From Eubacteriales bacterium (GTDB lineage Bacteria; Bacillota; Clostridia; Lachnospirales; JAKSVV01): DNA of 64,000 nucleotides. The notes below the pieces were generated by a model. It was not told where the DNA came from, ran no database searches, and was given only the letters and a program-made list of their open reading frames with translations. Each line of letters begins with the position of its first letter. Positions within the stretch are counted from its first letter, which is position 1. The stretch covers positions 3,850-67,849 of the forward strand of contig JAVBPT010000028.1 of NCBI GenBank assembly GCA_031549455.1, written 5' to 3'. The position numbers were made by a program, and so were the translations under genes. Below are positions 28,807 through 37,427 of this stretch, piece by piece.

Positions 28807-30543
28807 TTATTTTATATACATAAATGGTCTAAATCCAATATTTCTTGAGACAACACTCTCTTTCGTAACCTTCTTTCGGTAAGAGGTGGTTTGCAACTTT
28901 CCAAGACTGTCATAACTACCACCTCTAATCACAATATGGTCTCCCACTTTTTCATTTGTCATTTCCCAGAGATTACCTGCGAAATCAAATAAGTTAAATC
29001 GCATGGTCTGCATTGTGATTGCAGCATTTAAAGGCTTTGCCTCTCCATTTAATTTATATCCGGCGATGTCCGAATCATAAAAATTCCCCCATTCCATAAC
29101 ACTTAAGTCGTCCCTTATTCCCAGATCCGAAAGAAGCATCACCACTGTATCCCACTCTGATCCATACGGAATATGTGGAGTAATCATTGAAACATTGGGA
29201 AATAAATTTTTTACAATGGTCGTAGCAGAGTCGAAATCGACATAATTGTAGAGCTTATCCGAACTTACATCTTTTGCATCGCTTCTTCCCGCTTCAATCA
29301 TCACTTCGGGTTTATTGGCCATTGCTTTTATATGGGCTGATTTTGTTGTCGTTTTGCCATCTGAACTTGATTCAAATTTGGTGCTGGATTCATATCGTCC
29401 AGCATAAAACCCGTTATATTTTTCAATGCTATCCACTAACTCCTTTGGCAAGGTCTCCTTATAATTTTCATATTCATCGTCCTGGCCGCCGAAATTTCTT
29501 TTCCCAAAGTAAGTCGTCCCTTCCTCCTCATTTATTCTGCCCAGGTCGTTTGAGATATAATCCACTGGAATGTAAACAAATTGGTTGCCCACACCAAGAG
29601 TCAGATCCTTTAGGAACTTTCCATCCGAATAAAATGCGATATTGGCATCTTCCTGTGCATCACTTATCACAATCCCAGTGTCTTTTGTCCCTGTTACGTA
29701 ATAGAATCCATCTGGAACTAGAACGCCCGCCGAGTTTGGAACACCCTCGTCTGTTATGCAGACTCCCTTTCGAATGGTAATGGTTTGTTCAACCATCCCC
29801 TTCATAGTGGTATCAATTTTATAAATCCTACCTTCTGTATCTACCTTTTTGAAATTAGAGGTAAGGCCCTCGTATACTGTAACGTCTTCTATTGCAAAAT
29901 CATTAACCGGTTTGTTGAAAATGATTGTGTATTCTTTTACTTCCTTAGATCGCCTTTGTTCCACAATAACCGGGTAGGGTTCAGCTGGTGCAATCGTAAT
30001 CTTCTGGTTGAAAGCGAAAACCATCGGCGAATTTGGCGCAGGTAGTTTTGCATCGATCAGTTCATTATCCACGTTATAGATACCCGCCCCATTTAAAAGC
30101 AACGAGTCCTCATTTGGATAATTTAACGTCTCAACCTGGTCCCCAAAATGGGTAATGTATTTTAAACGAATGGTGCGGTCATCTGGTTGCTCCAGAAAAT
30201 GTGCGAATCTTTTTTGGCTTGCTTGTATATTTAATTCAAGTTTGATGTTCTCTGGGTTTTGTATTGTAATCGGATTGTTGTATTTTACATCAATGATCAA
30301 GGGTGTTTGCACAATATAGATGCCAGATTCCTGATCAACCGTCACACCTATAATATTGACAATCTTCGCTCTTTCAAAAGCTTTCATTTCTTCCATATGA
30401 ATATAAAACGATGCTCCAATCAGAATACAAACAAGTATTAAAAACAATCCGAGTATTTTATAAGTCGTCTTTGATTTCGAAGCCTTAAATAAACTCACGA
30501 TCATACCCGCCAATACCTTTTCCAACTTATTTAACATGGACAC
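28807..30543 (-). CDS. Membrane-anchored surface protein with Ig-like region and C-terminal FGE/SUMF1-like (formylglycine-generating-enzyme fold) domain
   Basis: N-terminal TM anchor (ILGLFLILVCILIGASF). Central Big-like segment FNKPVNDFAIEDVTVYEG. C-terminal FGE-family hallmarks GFYAGRYE ... GNLWEMT ... RGGSY ... NIGFRP. Confidence 0.7.
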   Translation of the reverse strand: MSMLNKLEKVLAGMIVSLFKASKSKTTYKILGLFLILVCILIGASFYIHMEEMKAFERAKIVNIIGVTVDQESGIYIVQTPLIIDVKYNNPITIQNPENIKLELNIQASQKRFAHFLEQPDDRTIRLKYITHFGDQVETLNYPNEDSLLLNGAGIYNVDNELIDAKLPAPNSPMVFAFNQKITIAPAEPYPVIVEQRRSKEVKEYTIIFNKPVNDFAIEDVTVYEGLTSNFKKVDTEGRIYKIDTTMKGMVEQTITIRKGVCITDEGVPNSAGVLVPDGFYYVTGTKDTGIVISDAQEDANIAFYSDGKFLKDLTLGVGNQFVYIPVDYISNDLGRINEEEGTTYFGKRNFGGQDDEYENYKETLPKELVDSIEKYNGFYAGRYESSTKFESSSDGKTTTKSAHIKAMANKPEVMIEAGRSDAKDVSSDKLYNYVDFDSATTIVKNLFPNVSMITPHIPYGSEWDTVVMLLSDLGIRDDLSVMEWGNFYDSDIAGYKLNGEAKPLNAAITMQTMRFNLFDFAGNLWEMTNEKVGDHIVIRGGSYDSLGKLQTTSYRKKVTKESVVSRNIGFRPFMYIK

Positions 30544-30563
30544 TCCTTCTGTTTTTTAATCCT

Positions 30564-30591
30564 ATTCTAGCGTATATTTTTTCAAAGTCAA
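30564..30591 (-). promoter_or_regulatory. Sigma-A-type promoter for the FGE-domain / membrane protein / gdpP unit
   Basis: Minus strand: TTGACT (30591-30586), 16-nt spacer, TAGAAT (30569-30564). AGAAGGAG SD lies before ATG 30543. Confidence 0.6.
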
Positions 30592-30596
30592 TGGTG

Positions 30597-30623
30597 AAAA
30601 AAGAATGTTATTTGCTAACATTC
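30597..30623 (-). terminator. Rho-independent terminator closing the ECF sigma operon
   Basis: Minus strand: GAATGTTA-GCAAA-TAACATTC followed by TTTTTT. The hairpin overlaps the last codons and stop of the 217-aa gene. Confidence 0.65.
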
Positions 30624-31261
30624 TCTTCTATTATCTGTACACTATTTTGATTGTTTGTGTTGATCAATAATTTTATTTCGTCCACCCACTCCGGTAGATA
30701 GGATATCTCGATCATTTCTTGATCGTAATCGACCTGACTATAACGACCCACAATATGAGGCGTTTCTCTAATTATGTTTACAAACTCACTCATCGAAACC
30801 TCTTTAGTGGTAATGCTGGAGCGGACCCAGGTCCGGTCCATCTCCCTATCTTCAATAACGACCGGAATAATCTTTTTGCCGGTTTTATTAATAATCTTTA
30901 CTCCCTTTTCAAAAGAAAAATACTCCTCGTGGCTCATAAATGTGTTGAGTGCCATTGCCCTCGTTTCATCACTGGTTAAAATTTGATTGAGTCCATAATC
31001 AATCATACTAAAAATGCCACCAAAGAAAACGATAAAAAAGAGTAAGAAAATGCTAATAATATCATATTTGATTCGAACATCCTTTTTAAAAGCGTTATAG
31101 AGCACTTCACAGCCAAAAAACACAAAGATCAGTGGCCATAACATAAAAATATATCGGTACATATTTATTTGCATAAACATTTGAAAGAATACACAAAGGC
31201 CAAATAGAATCAAAGTAAAACCAAAGGTGAGCGTTCCATTTCGAACAATTTTATTCTCCAT
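30608..31261 (-). CDS. Membrane protein (4 N-terminal TM helices plus soluble C-terminal domain; LiaF-like architecture)
   Basis: ORF track. Overlaps the upstream gene by 11 nt. The LiaF likeness rests on architecture only. Confidence 0.55.
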   Translation of the reverse strand: MENKIVRNGTLTFGFTLILFGLCVFFQMFMQINMYRYIFMLWPLIFVFFGCEVLYNAFKKDVRIKYDIISIFLLFFIVFFGGIFSMIDYGLNQILTSDETRAMALNTFMSHEEYFSFEKGVKIINKTGKKIIPVVIEDREMDRTWVRSSITTKEVSMSEFVNIIRETPHIVGRYSQVDYDQEMIEISYLPEWVDEIKLLINTNNQNSVQIIEENVSK

Positions 31262-31760
31262 CTCGTCTTCCTCCTATCTTTGATGTAATAATCTTTATGC
31301 CCACAATGATAGATGCAAGAGAGATAAGTAATGCCGGAAAGATCGAGGAGATGAAATAGCTTACATCTGAAAGCCATCTAACATTATAGTAATTTGCAAA
31401 ACGATTGATGATTCCATTTGCCATGATATAAATCCCAAGAACCACCAACCCGATGCCAACTAAGGCGTGAAAATTTTTAAAGTTCCACCGAATGGTTTCA
31501 CTCCCTTTTAACAAGGAATCCCATATGTATTTGTCCTCTCCGCACTCCTCATTCCGAATATGGAAGGTATCAAAGAAGCTGTAGAATACAATAATTGGAA
31601 CCGGAAACATAAAAATTTCTGTACGCGTCATGATGCTAAGAGCTATAAAAGCTGTCATAGTAAGCATAATTGAAATTCCGCGTTTCATATAGTTCTGATA
31701 CATTTGACCTGCGCCCGGTATGAGGCTAAAACAGAATGTGAAAAATAGATTTTTTTTCAT
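31251..31760 (-). CDS. Polytopic membrane protein (unknown function)
   Basis: ORF track; N-terminal LIPGAGQMYQNYMKRG motif followed by TM helices. Its start overlaps the anti-sigma stop by 4 nt. Confidence 0.55.
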   Translation of the reverse strand: MKKNLFFTFCFSLIPGAGQMYQNYMKRGISIMLTMTAFIALSIMTRTEIFMFPVPIIVFYSFFDTFHIRNEECGEDKYIWDSLLKGSETIRWNFKNFHALVGIGLVVLGIYIMANGIINRFANYYNVRWLSDVSYFISSIFPALLISLASIIVGIKIITSKIGGRRDGE

Positions 31761-32122
31761 TTTTGATTCTCCTTTACATTTCTTTCATTTAAAACAAAAT
31801 TGCTCGCTTTGTTGACCACCTCTCCCAACCGATCATATAAGGTGTCCATATCTCCTGACTTGACCAGCTCCTGAGAAGTGAACTTGGTAAACACCCCCGT
31901 CTGCCAGATAAAAAAGGATAAGAGGATACAAGCCACCATTTTGGAAAGTTCAAGATAAATATCCAGTTTCTCTTTTATCTTTCTTTTTTGAATCCTTCTC
32001 AAAATCTTGGCTTCTAGATGGGATGGTAGAATAACCTCTTCCACTTCCATTTCATGAATATAATACTCCAGCTGATTACTTTGTTCTAACAAATCTTCAA
32101 TTTCTTGTATTTTCTTATTCAC
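31757..32122 (-). CDS. Putative single-pass anti-sigma factor (non-ZAS)
   Basis: Its start overlaps the ECF sigma stop by 4 nt. One TM helix (VACILLSFFIWQTGVF) and no HxxxCxxC motif. Assigned from position and architecture. Confidence 0.55.
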   Translation of the reverse strand: MNKKIQEIEDLLEQSNQLEYYIHEMEVEEVILPSHLEAKILRRIQKRKIKEKLDIYLELSKMVACILLSFFIWQTGVFTKFTSQELVKSGDMDTLYDRLGEVVNKASNFVLNERNVKENQK

Positions 32123-32637
32123 AAGTGTTCACCACCTTTCTCTAGTATTTTTTGTTTTATTTTCTCTCGAGCTCTATGAAGTTGAACTTTTATAATAGAG
32201 GAATCTACCCTTTTTACTTTTGCAATTTCATCGATTTTCATCTGCTTTATGTAAAAATCATTTAAGATCTCTCGATAAGGTGACTTCAACTCATTTATCG
32301 TTTCTAAAATTTCTTGGGATTCCTCTTGCTTTAGAGCCTCTCTTTCCAAGTCCGAATCGCAATCCATTTCTTCATTGATTGCATCTGTTATTCTACGCAT
32401 TCTGGTTTCTTTACTTTTCAAATGATCCTTACATTTATTAAGAGCAATCTTGCAAATAAGGTTTTTAAGCTCGACATCCGATAAATTCTTGTACCTTTCT
32501 GAGTGTATAAAAATACTTAAAAAGGTCTCTTGGACTTGTTCCTCTGCATCCTGAACATTTCCGAGTAGATCCAAGCAAATTTTATACACGAGTCGAATAT
32601 ATTGTTTGACCAATTGTTCAATGAATAATTCTCTCAC
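32119..32637 (-). CDS. ECF-type RNA polymerase sigma factor
   Basis: Sigma-70 region 2 (VQETFLSIF) and region 4 HTH (MKIDEIAKVKRVDSSIIKVQLHRAREKI). I prefer the GTG start at 32637 (GAGGAG SD, 6-nt spacer), because the track's ATG at 32658 abuts the -10 element. Confidence 0.8.
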   Translation of the reverse strand: MRELFIEQLVKQYIRLVYKICLDLLGNVQDAEEQVQETFLSIFIHSERYKNLSDVELKNLICKIALNKCKDHLKSKETRMRRITDAINEEMDCDSDLEREALKQEESQEILETINELKSPYREILNDFYIKQMKIDEIAKVKRVDSSIIKVQLHRAREKIKQKILEKGGEHL

Positions 32638-32659
32638 AAATAGCTCCTCTATGATCATT

Positions 32660-32687
32660 ATAACGAATTATTTCTTTAAAGGTAACA
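32660..32687 (-). promoter_or_regulatory. ECF-type (autoregulatory?) promoter TGTTAC-N16-CGTTAT
   Basis: Minus strand: TGTTAC (32687-32682), 16-nt spacer, CGTTAT (32665-32660). The architecture matches ECF promoters of the xGxxAC-N16-CGTxxx type, such as Bacillus SigW/SigX. Confidence 0.5.
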
Positions 32688-32723
32688 AAAAAATAACTTT
32701 TTCAAGTTACTTTTTTAGTTTTT

Positions 32724-33230
32724 TTAATATACACTTTTTACACAGTTTTCTATTTCTTGTTGAGTGGCTCCATTATCTAAATATACACTATGGGTATATC
32801 CATCTTTTTCCCAGGTTGCTAAGTAAAACTTATCGATGTTTCCCTGTAATTTAGCCGGAATATCCCCCGTCATAGTGAGAACAGTTTCATAAGTCATATA
32901 GATGCCACTAATTTCATCTTGAGATACGTCCTTGGCCATACGATAAGTTGCGTATCGTTCGCCATTTTGATTGTACATAACTTGTGCAATTTTCATATCA
33001 ATTGTGCTAAAGTCCTTTACTAGGTTGGCATCATTAAGCGTTTTGGGCTCGATCACTGTGAACCCAATGGCCGTGCTCATTTCCGTCAGCGTATTGTAGT
33101 CTTTCATAGGTGAAACCACATTTACCTCATCTGTATCATTATACACATCATCTTTGATCTTTTTTTCACCACATGATGTTAACACAAACACCATGAACGT
33201 GAAAACCAAAACGATTCCTATTCTTTTCAT
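32724..33230 (-). CDS. Lipoprotein of unknown function
   Basis: Signal peptide plus lipobox VLTSC; 168 aa. Confidence 0.65.
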   Translation of the reverse strand: MKRIGIVLVFTFMVFVLTSCGEKKIKDDVYNDTDEVNVVSPMKDYNTLTEMSTAIGFTVIEPKTLNDANLVKDFSTIDMKIAQVMYNQNGERYATYRMAKDVSQDEISGIYMTYETVLTMTGDIPAKLQGNIDKFYLATWEKDGYTHSVYLDNGATQQEIENCVKSVY

Positions 33231-33273
33231 ATTCTCTTTCCTCCTATCTTAATTTTTCCACTTTGTGTTTTAA

Positions 33274-34206
33274 TTATTCAGCTTCTCCGCATAAAGCAAG
33301 CAGTTGGTTCCATTTTCGATCAATTTCCTTTTGAATATCTTCCACAAGCTCTGGTTTAGATAGTACGTGTTTGAACCTACCTTGCATTTCCAAGAAATCA
33401 CTGATTGGTCTTTTACTCTTCGGCTTATAGTTCAGTTTGTAAACACCATTTTCATACTCATAAAGTGGCCAAAAGCAGGTATCTACTGCTACTTGAGAAA
33501 TCGCAAGTAGATCTTCCGTTGGATATCTCCACCCCCTTGGACAAGGAGCAAGAACATTCATAAATGCAGGTCCTTTTGTATAGATTGCTTTTTCTGATTT
33601 TTCATATAAATCTTTGAAGTTTTGTGTGATTGCAGATTGTGCAACATACGGAAGATCATGCGCAATCATCACTTGGGTTAGATCCTTTTTAAATTGCTGC
33701 TTCCCTTCTACCACTTTTCCAGCCGGAGAGGTGGTGGTATCAGCATACTTGGGCGTCGCTGAGGATCTTTGAATCCCCGTGTTCATATAAGCGCCATTGT
33801 CATAGCAAACATACACCATATCATGGCCTCTTTCCATTGCGCCAGAAAGGGATTGAAGTCCGATGTCGTAGGTTCCCCCATCGCCACCGAATGCAATAAA
33901 TTTATAAGTATCATTTATCTGACCCGTCTTTTTCATTGCCATATAAGCGGCTTCCGCTCCTGAAATGGTCGCGCCCGCGTTTTCAAACGCCGAGTGAATA
34001 AATGAATCACGCCATGCAGTATATGGATAGAGGAAGGTTGATACTTCAAGACATCCTGTTGCCGATCCAATCACCGCTTTGTCCTCTTCCTTTAGTGCTC
34101 TAAGTACAGTTCGAACCACGGGTGGTGCGCCACATCCTGCACACATTCTATGACCGCCTGTTAACCTTTCCGGTTTATTCATCACTTCTTTAATATTATA
34201 AGCCAT
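33274..34206 (-). CDS. 2-oxoacid (pyruvate / 2-ketoisovalerate):ferredoxin oxidoreductase, beta (TPP-binding) subunit
   Basis: N-terminal GHRMCAGCG cysteine cluster and TPP motif FGGDGGTYDIG. Confidence 0.88.
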   Translation of the reverse strand: MAYNIKEVMNKPERLTGGHRMCAGCGAPPVVRTVLRALKEEDKAVIGSATGCLEVSTFLYPYTAWRDSFIHSAFENAGATISGAEAAYMAMKKTGQINDTYKFIAFGGDGGTYDIGLQSLSGAMERGHDMVYVCYDNGAYMNTGIQRSSATPKYADTTTSPAGKVVEGKQQFKKDLTQVMIAHDLPYVAQSAITQNFKDLYEKSEKAIYTKGPAFMNVLAPCPRGWRYPTEDLLAISQVAVDTCFWPLYEYENGVYKLNYKPKSKRPISDFLEMQGRFKHVLSKPELVEDIQKEIDRKWNQLLALCGEAE

Positions 34207-34220
34207 CTTCCTTCTCCTTT

Positions 34221-35399
34221 CTAATACACCCCAAGATATCGTAATACATTTTCTTGGTTTCCTGTATCCGCCATTTGCTTAAGCTCTCTATATACAAGTT
34301 CTATATCATCCGTCTTAACATCTCTACCACCAAGACCGTATACATAATTTACAATCATTGGTTTTTCAGTTAACTCATATAGAGCACTTCTGGTTTCTGT
34401 AAAAAGAGGCCCCCCTGCATCGCTAAACCCTTCACATTTATCCATAATTGCAACCGCTTTACATTTTGAAAGCACTCTTCTCAACTCCGCTTCCGGGAAT
34501 GGTCTAAACACTCTTATCTTTATAAGTCCTACTTTTTCTCCCTTTTCCCTTAGTTCATTCACAACATGTTTTGCCGTTCCTGCAGTAGAATTGATCACCA
34601 CAATAGCTCTTTCTGCGTCTTCCATTTTGTATTCTTCAATCATGTTGTAATGTCTGCCTGTTAATGCTCCAAATTCTTTGGAAACTTGTTTAATCACTTC
34701 TCTCGCTTCATGCATGGACTCAGCCTGTTGTCTTTTTTGTTCGAAGAAATAATTTGGTAGAACAAGTGGTCCTACTGCAATCGGTCTCTCCTTATTTAAC
34801 ATATATTCTTTCGGCGTATATTCTCCTACAAAGTTCTTTACCTCTTCATCCTCAAGAAGTTCAATTGTCTCGATTGCATGTGAAGTAATGAAACCATCTT
34901 GACAGTTCATAACCGGCAAGCTTACTTTTTCATGTTCCGCAATGCGAACTGCCATGATCATATTGTCATAGGCTTCTTGATTATTTTCGGCATAAAGTTG
35001 TATCCATCCAGAATCCCTCGCCCCCATTGAATCCGTATGATCATTATGGATATTAATCGGAGCCGAAACCGCCCTATTTACTAAATTCAATACGATTGGC
35101 AGCTTTAGGCCCGAGGCAATATATAACATTTCCCACATAAGTGACATCCCATTTGAGGATGTAGCAGTGATGGCTCTTCCGCCCGCCGCAGATGCACCAA
35201 TACATGCGCTCATTGCAGAGTGTTCGGATTCAACCGCCACAAATTCTGTGGTTACTAGACCATCATTTACAAAACTTGAAAAGTATTGTGGTATTTCTGT
35301 TGAAGGTGTAATTGGAAATGCTGCCACAACATGCGGATTGATTTGCTTCATTGCAATAGCAACCGCTTCATTTCCTGATAATTTATCTCTTTTAGCCAT
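34221..35399 (-). CDS. 2-oxoacid:ferredoxin oxidoreductase, alpha subunit
   Basis: N-terminal GNEAVA...AFPITPSTEI, typical of POR/VOR alpha subunits; 392 aa. Confidence 0.88.
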   Translation of the reverse strand: MAKRDKLSGNEAVAIAMKQINPHVVAAFPITPSTEIPQYFSSFVNDGLVTTEFVAVESEHSAMSACIGASAAGGRAITATSSNGMSLMWEMLYIASGLKLPIVLNLVNRAVSAPINIHNDHTDSMGARDSGWIQLYAENNQEAYDNMIMAVRIAEHEKVSLPVMNCQDGFITSHAIETIELLEDEEVKNFVGEYTPKEYMLNKERPIAVGPLVLPNYFFEQKRQQAESMHEAREVIKQVSKEFGALTGRHYNMIEEYKMEDAERAIVVINSTAGTAKHVVNELREKGEKVGLIKIRVFRPFPEAELRRVLSKCKAVAIMDKCEGFSDAGGPLFTETRSALYELTEKPMIVNYVYGLGGRDVKTDDIELVYRELKQMADTGNQENVLRYLGVY

Positions 35400-35706
35400 T
35401 TTGTCCTCCCTCCATTACTTTCATTTCGATTGCGCCAAACGGACAGGTCTTTGCGCAAGCACCGCATCCCTTGCAATGTTTGTAGTCAAACTCTCCTCTT
35501 TTCCCATCTTTAACAGGTATTGAAGAATCCGGACAGATCGGTGGACAAAACATACATTGTTTGCATTTTTCCCAATTGATCACAGGCTTAATAGCGCTCC
35601 ATCCCCCCGTATCATATTCTTCTGCATTTCCGGTACATCTTACCATCCCACCAGGACTGGATTCTTGCCATTTTGTATAAGGCGCTAAAATATCTTTGTT
35701 TTCCAT
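35392..35706 (-). CDS. 2-oxoacid:ferredoxin oxidoreductase, delta (2x[4Fe-4S] ferredoxin) subunit
   Basis: Two CxxCxxCxxxCP clusters: CKQCMFCPPICP and CKGCGACAKTCP. Confidence 0.88.
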   Translation of the reverse strand: MENKDILAPYTKWQESSPGGMVRCTGNAEEYDTGGWSAIKPVINWEKCKQCMFCPPICPDSSIPVKDGKRGEFDYKHCKGCGACAKTCPFGAIEMKVMEGGQNG

Positions 35707-36278
35707 TATCGTACCTCCATATATCCTCTCTTTAATGCTTTCATATTGGGCTCAATGACTTGTGGCTTGCTTTTAAATTTATGTTTAAACGAGTTTTCCA
35801 TTGATCCAAAAAACTGTGTCTCATCCATAATTTCTGCAACCTTGACAACAGCGCCAAGGGTTGGCGTATTGGGAAAGCTTTTTCCGAGTTCTTCTGTGGA
35901 TATCTTATCCGCATCCACTGTATACACTCTTCCACTAAATCCTTTTATTTTTGATTTGATTTCTTCTGTTGGTTTATTGGTGCTCACAATAATCGCACCA
36001 TCTGCTTTTAATCCTTCTGCTACATTGATAACGTCCAATAGTGTGTCATCCACCACAACCACATAATCTGGTTCATATATATTGGAATGAATGGTAATGG
36101 GTTCATCACTAATCCTGTTATATGCTGTGATCGGCGCCCCCATTCTCTCTGGCCCATATTCAGGAAATCCCTGAATATATTTTCCAGTATCAAAAGCCGC
36201 TTCTGCAAGAAGCAATGATGCCGTCTTGGCCCCTTGTCCGCCTCTTCCATGCCATCTAAACTCTACCATTTTGCTCAT
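35706..36278 (-). CDS. 2-oxoacid:ferredoxin oxidoreductase, gamma subunit
   Basis: N-terminal FRWHGRGGQGAKTAS motif. It is first in the gamma-delta-alpha-beta gene order. Confidence 0.88.
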   Translation of the reverse strand: MSKMVEFRWHGRGGQGAKTASLLLAEAAFDTGKYIQGFPEYGPERMGAPITAYNRISDEPITIHSNIYEPDYVVVVDDTLLDVINVAEGLKADGAIIVSTNKPTEEIKSKIKGFSGRVYTVDADKISTEELGKSFPNTPTLGAVVKVAEIMDETQFFGSMENSFKHKFKSKPQVIEPNMKALKRGYMEVR

Positions 36279-36365
36279 GTATTCCTCCTATTTACTTTGT
36301 ATTATACCCGAATGAGTATCTGTTTATGAACAGTCTTATTTAAGCATATCATTTATTTTACAAGT

Positions 36366-36399
36366 GTCAAGAAAAAATTTAGCGGATGATTTTCTTGAC
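36366..36399. promoter_or_regulatory. Perfect 10-bp inverted repeat carrying two divergent TTGAC -35 boxes
   Basis: GTCAAGAAAA (36366-36375), 14-nt spacer, TTTTCTTGAC (36390-36399). On the plus strand TTGACT-17-TATCTT points toward the htpG unit. On the minus strand TTGACA points toward the oxidoreductase operon. Confidence 0.5.
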
Positions 36400-36455
36400 T
36401 TTTAATAAAATCTATTGTATCTTTTACATAATAATAAACGTAGATAGGAGAGACT

Positions 36456-37418
36456 ATGTATTTAAAAATGTTGCTTAGCGCAGAGGATACTCAAAACCTA
36501 GAAGAATTTTATATGGCTCTTAAAGTTTCAGAGAATCCTGACTTTGAATCAATGGATAAAAGTGAACTCATTGAGAAGATTGATGAATTTTATAAGTCAA
36601 ATATGACCTATATTTTAGAAAGGTGTACTCTGTCTTCTCTCAAAACATTAAAAAAACTTGTGAGTGAGGAGGCTATTGATTACGAAACCTTTGATCCCGG
36701 GTTGGTGGATGATCTCGCACGTCTGAACATGATTTTCTTAATTCATGCCAATAGCTCAAATCCAAGTATTGATGTGCCAGAAGATTTGGTGGACATAATC
36801 AAAAGAAGCCTGACCGATAAACTCCTTGAATCCACAAAATACAATGAAGAAAACACCGATGTGATCAACGGCATTATTTACTATTATGGTTGCCTCTTTG
36901 AAAGCAAATTTAATGAAATCTTCCACACTGTAACCGGGAGGAAGATTGACGTGACTGATATCATCATGAATCATACAATCAATGATAAGGACTGTGCGAT
37001 CATTTCCTCCGTTGAGACGGACGAACAGATTATTATCTTCAGTCAGATTGCAGATGAACTAGGAGATATGCTTCTGGATGACATTGAAGCCACCTTCAAT
37101 AAAACCATCTACAATGATGCTCTGCATTACACGCTTTACTCCAAAGAAAAATACCAAAGCCAGGGCGAAGATATTGTGGGGTATTTTATAAGTGAAGTGC
37201 TAAAGGTGTATGACGTCCTTGAAATTGACGAACTGGGTATGATGTTTGACCGTATCTTTGTCCTCTATAATCTCGGAAAGAGTTTTCCGGAGATTTTGGA
37301 TATGATTTCTTCCGACTTTGATATCAAAGGAAATGATCTAAAAAACATTGGTACCGTTTTAAAAGAATATTTTTCAAATATCCCAAAATGGGAGCTAAGA
37401 GGAAACACAGAAAAGTAG
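36456..37418 (+). CDS. Acidic hypothetical protein, translationally coupled to htpG
   Basis: ORF track with a GGAGAG SD. Its TAG stop lies inside the htpG SD (GTAGGAGGAA). No motif recognised. Confidence 0.6.
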   Translation: MYLKMLLSAEDTQNLEEFYMALKVSENPDFESMDKSELIEKIDEFYKSNMTYILERCTLSSLKTLKKLVSEEAIDYETFDPGLVDDLARLNMIFLIHANSSNPSIDVPEDLVDIIKRSLTDKLLESTKYNEENTDVINGIIYYYGCLFESKFNEIFHTVTGRKIDVTDIIMNHTINDKDCAIISSVETDEQIIIFSQIADELGDMLLDDIEATFNKTIYNDALHYTLYSKEKYQSQGEDIVGYFISEVLKVYDVLEIDELGMMFDRIFVLYNLGKSFPEILDMISSDFDIKGNDLKNIGTVLKEYFSNIPKWELRGNTEK

Positions 37419-37427
37419 GAGGAACTT

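Noticed and set aside
29274-29780. 168-aa plus-strand ORF inside the FGE-domain gene
   Set aside because: It is an antisense shadow ORF inside a well-supported CDS, with a low-complexity, H/P/L-rich product and no SD. The same reasoning applies to the other antisense track ORFs, for example 39350..39892, 7276..7626, 7422..7754, 27301..27663, 47734..48093, 52491..52826, 53502..53858 and 56511..56879.
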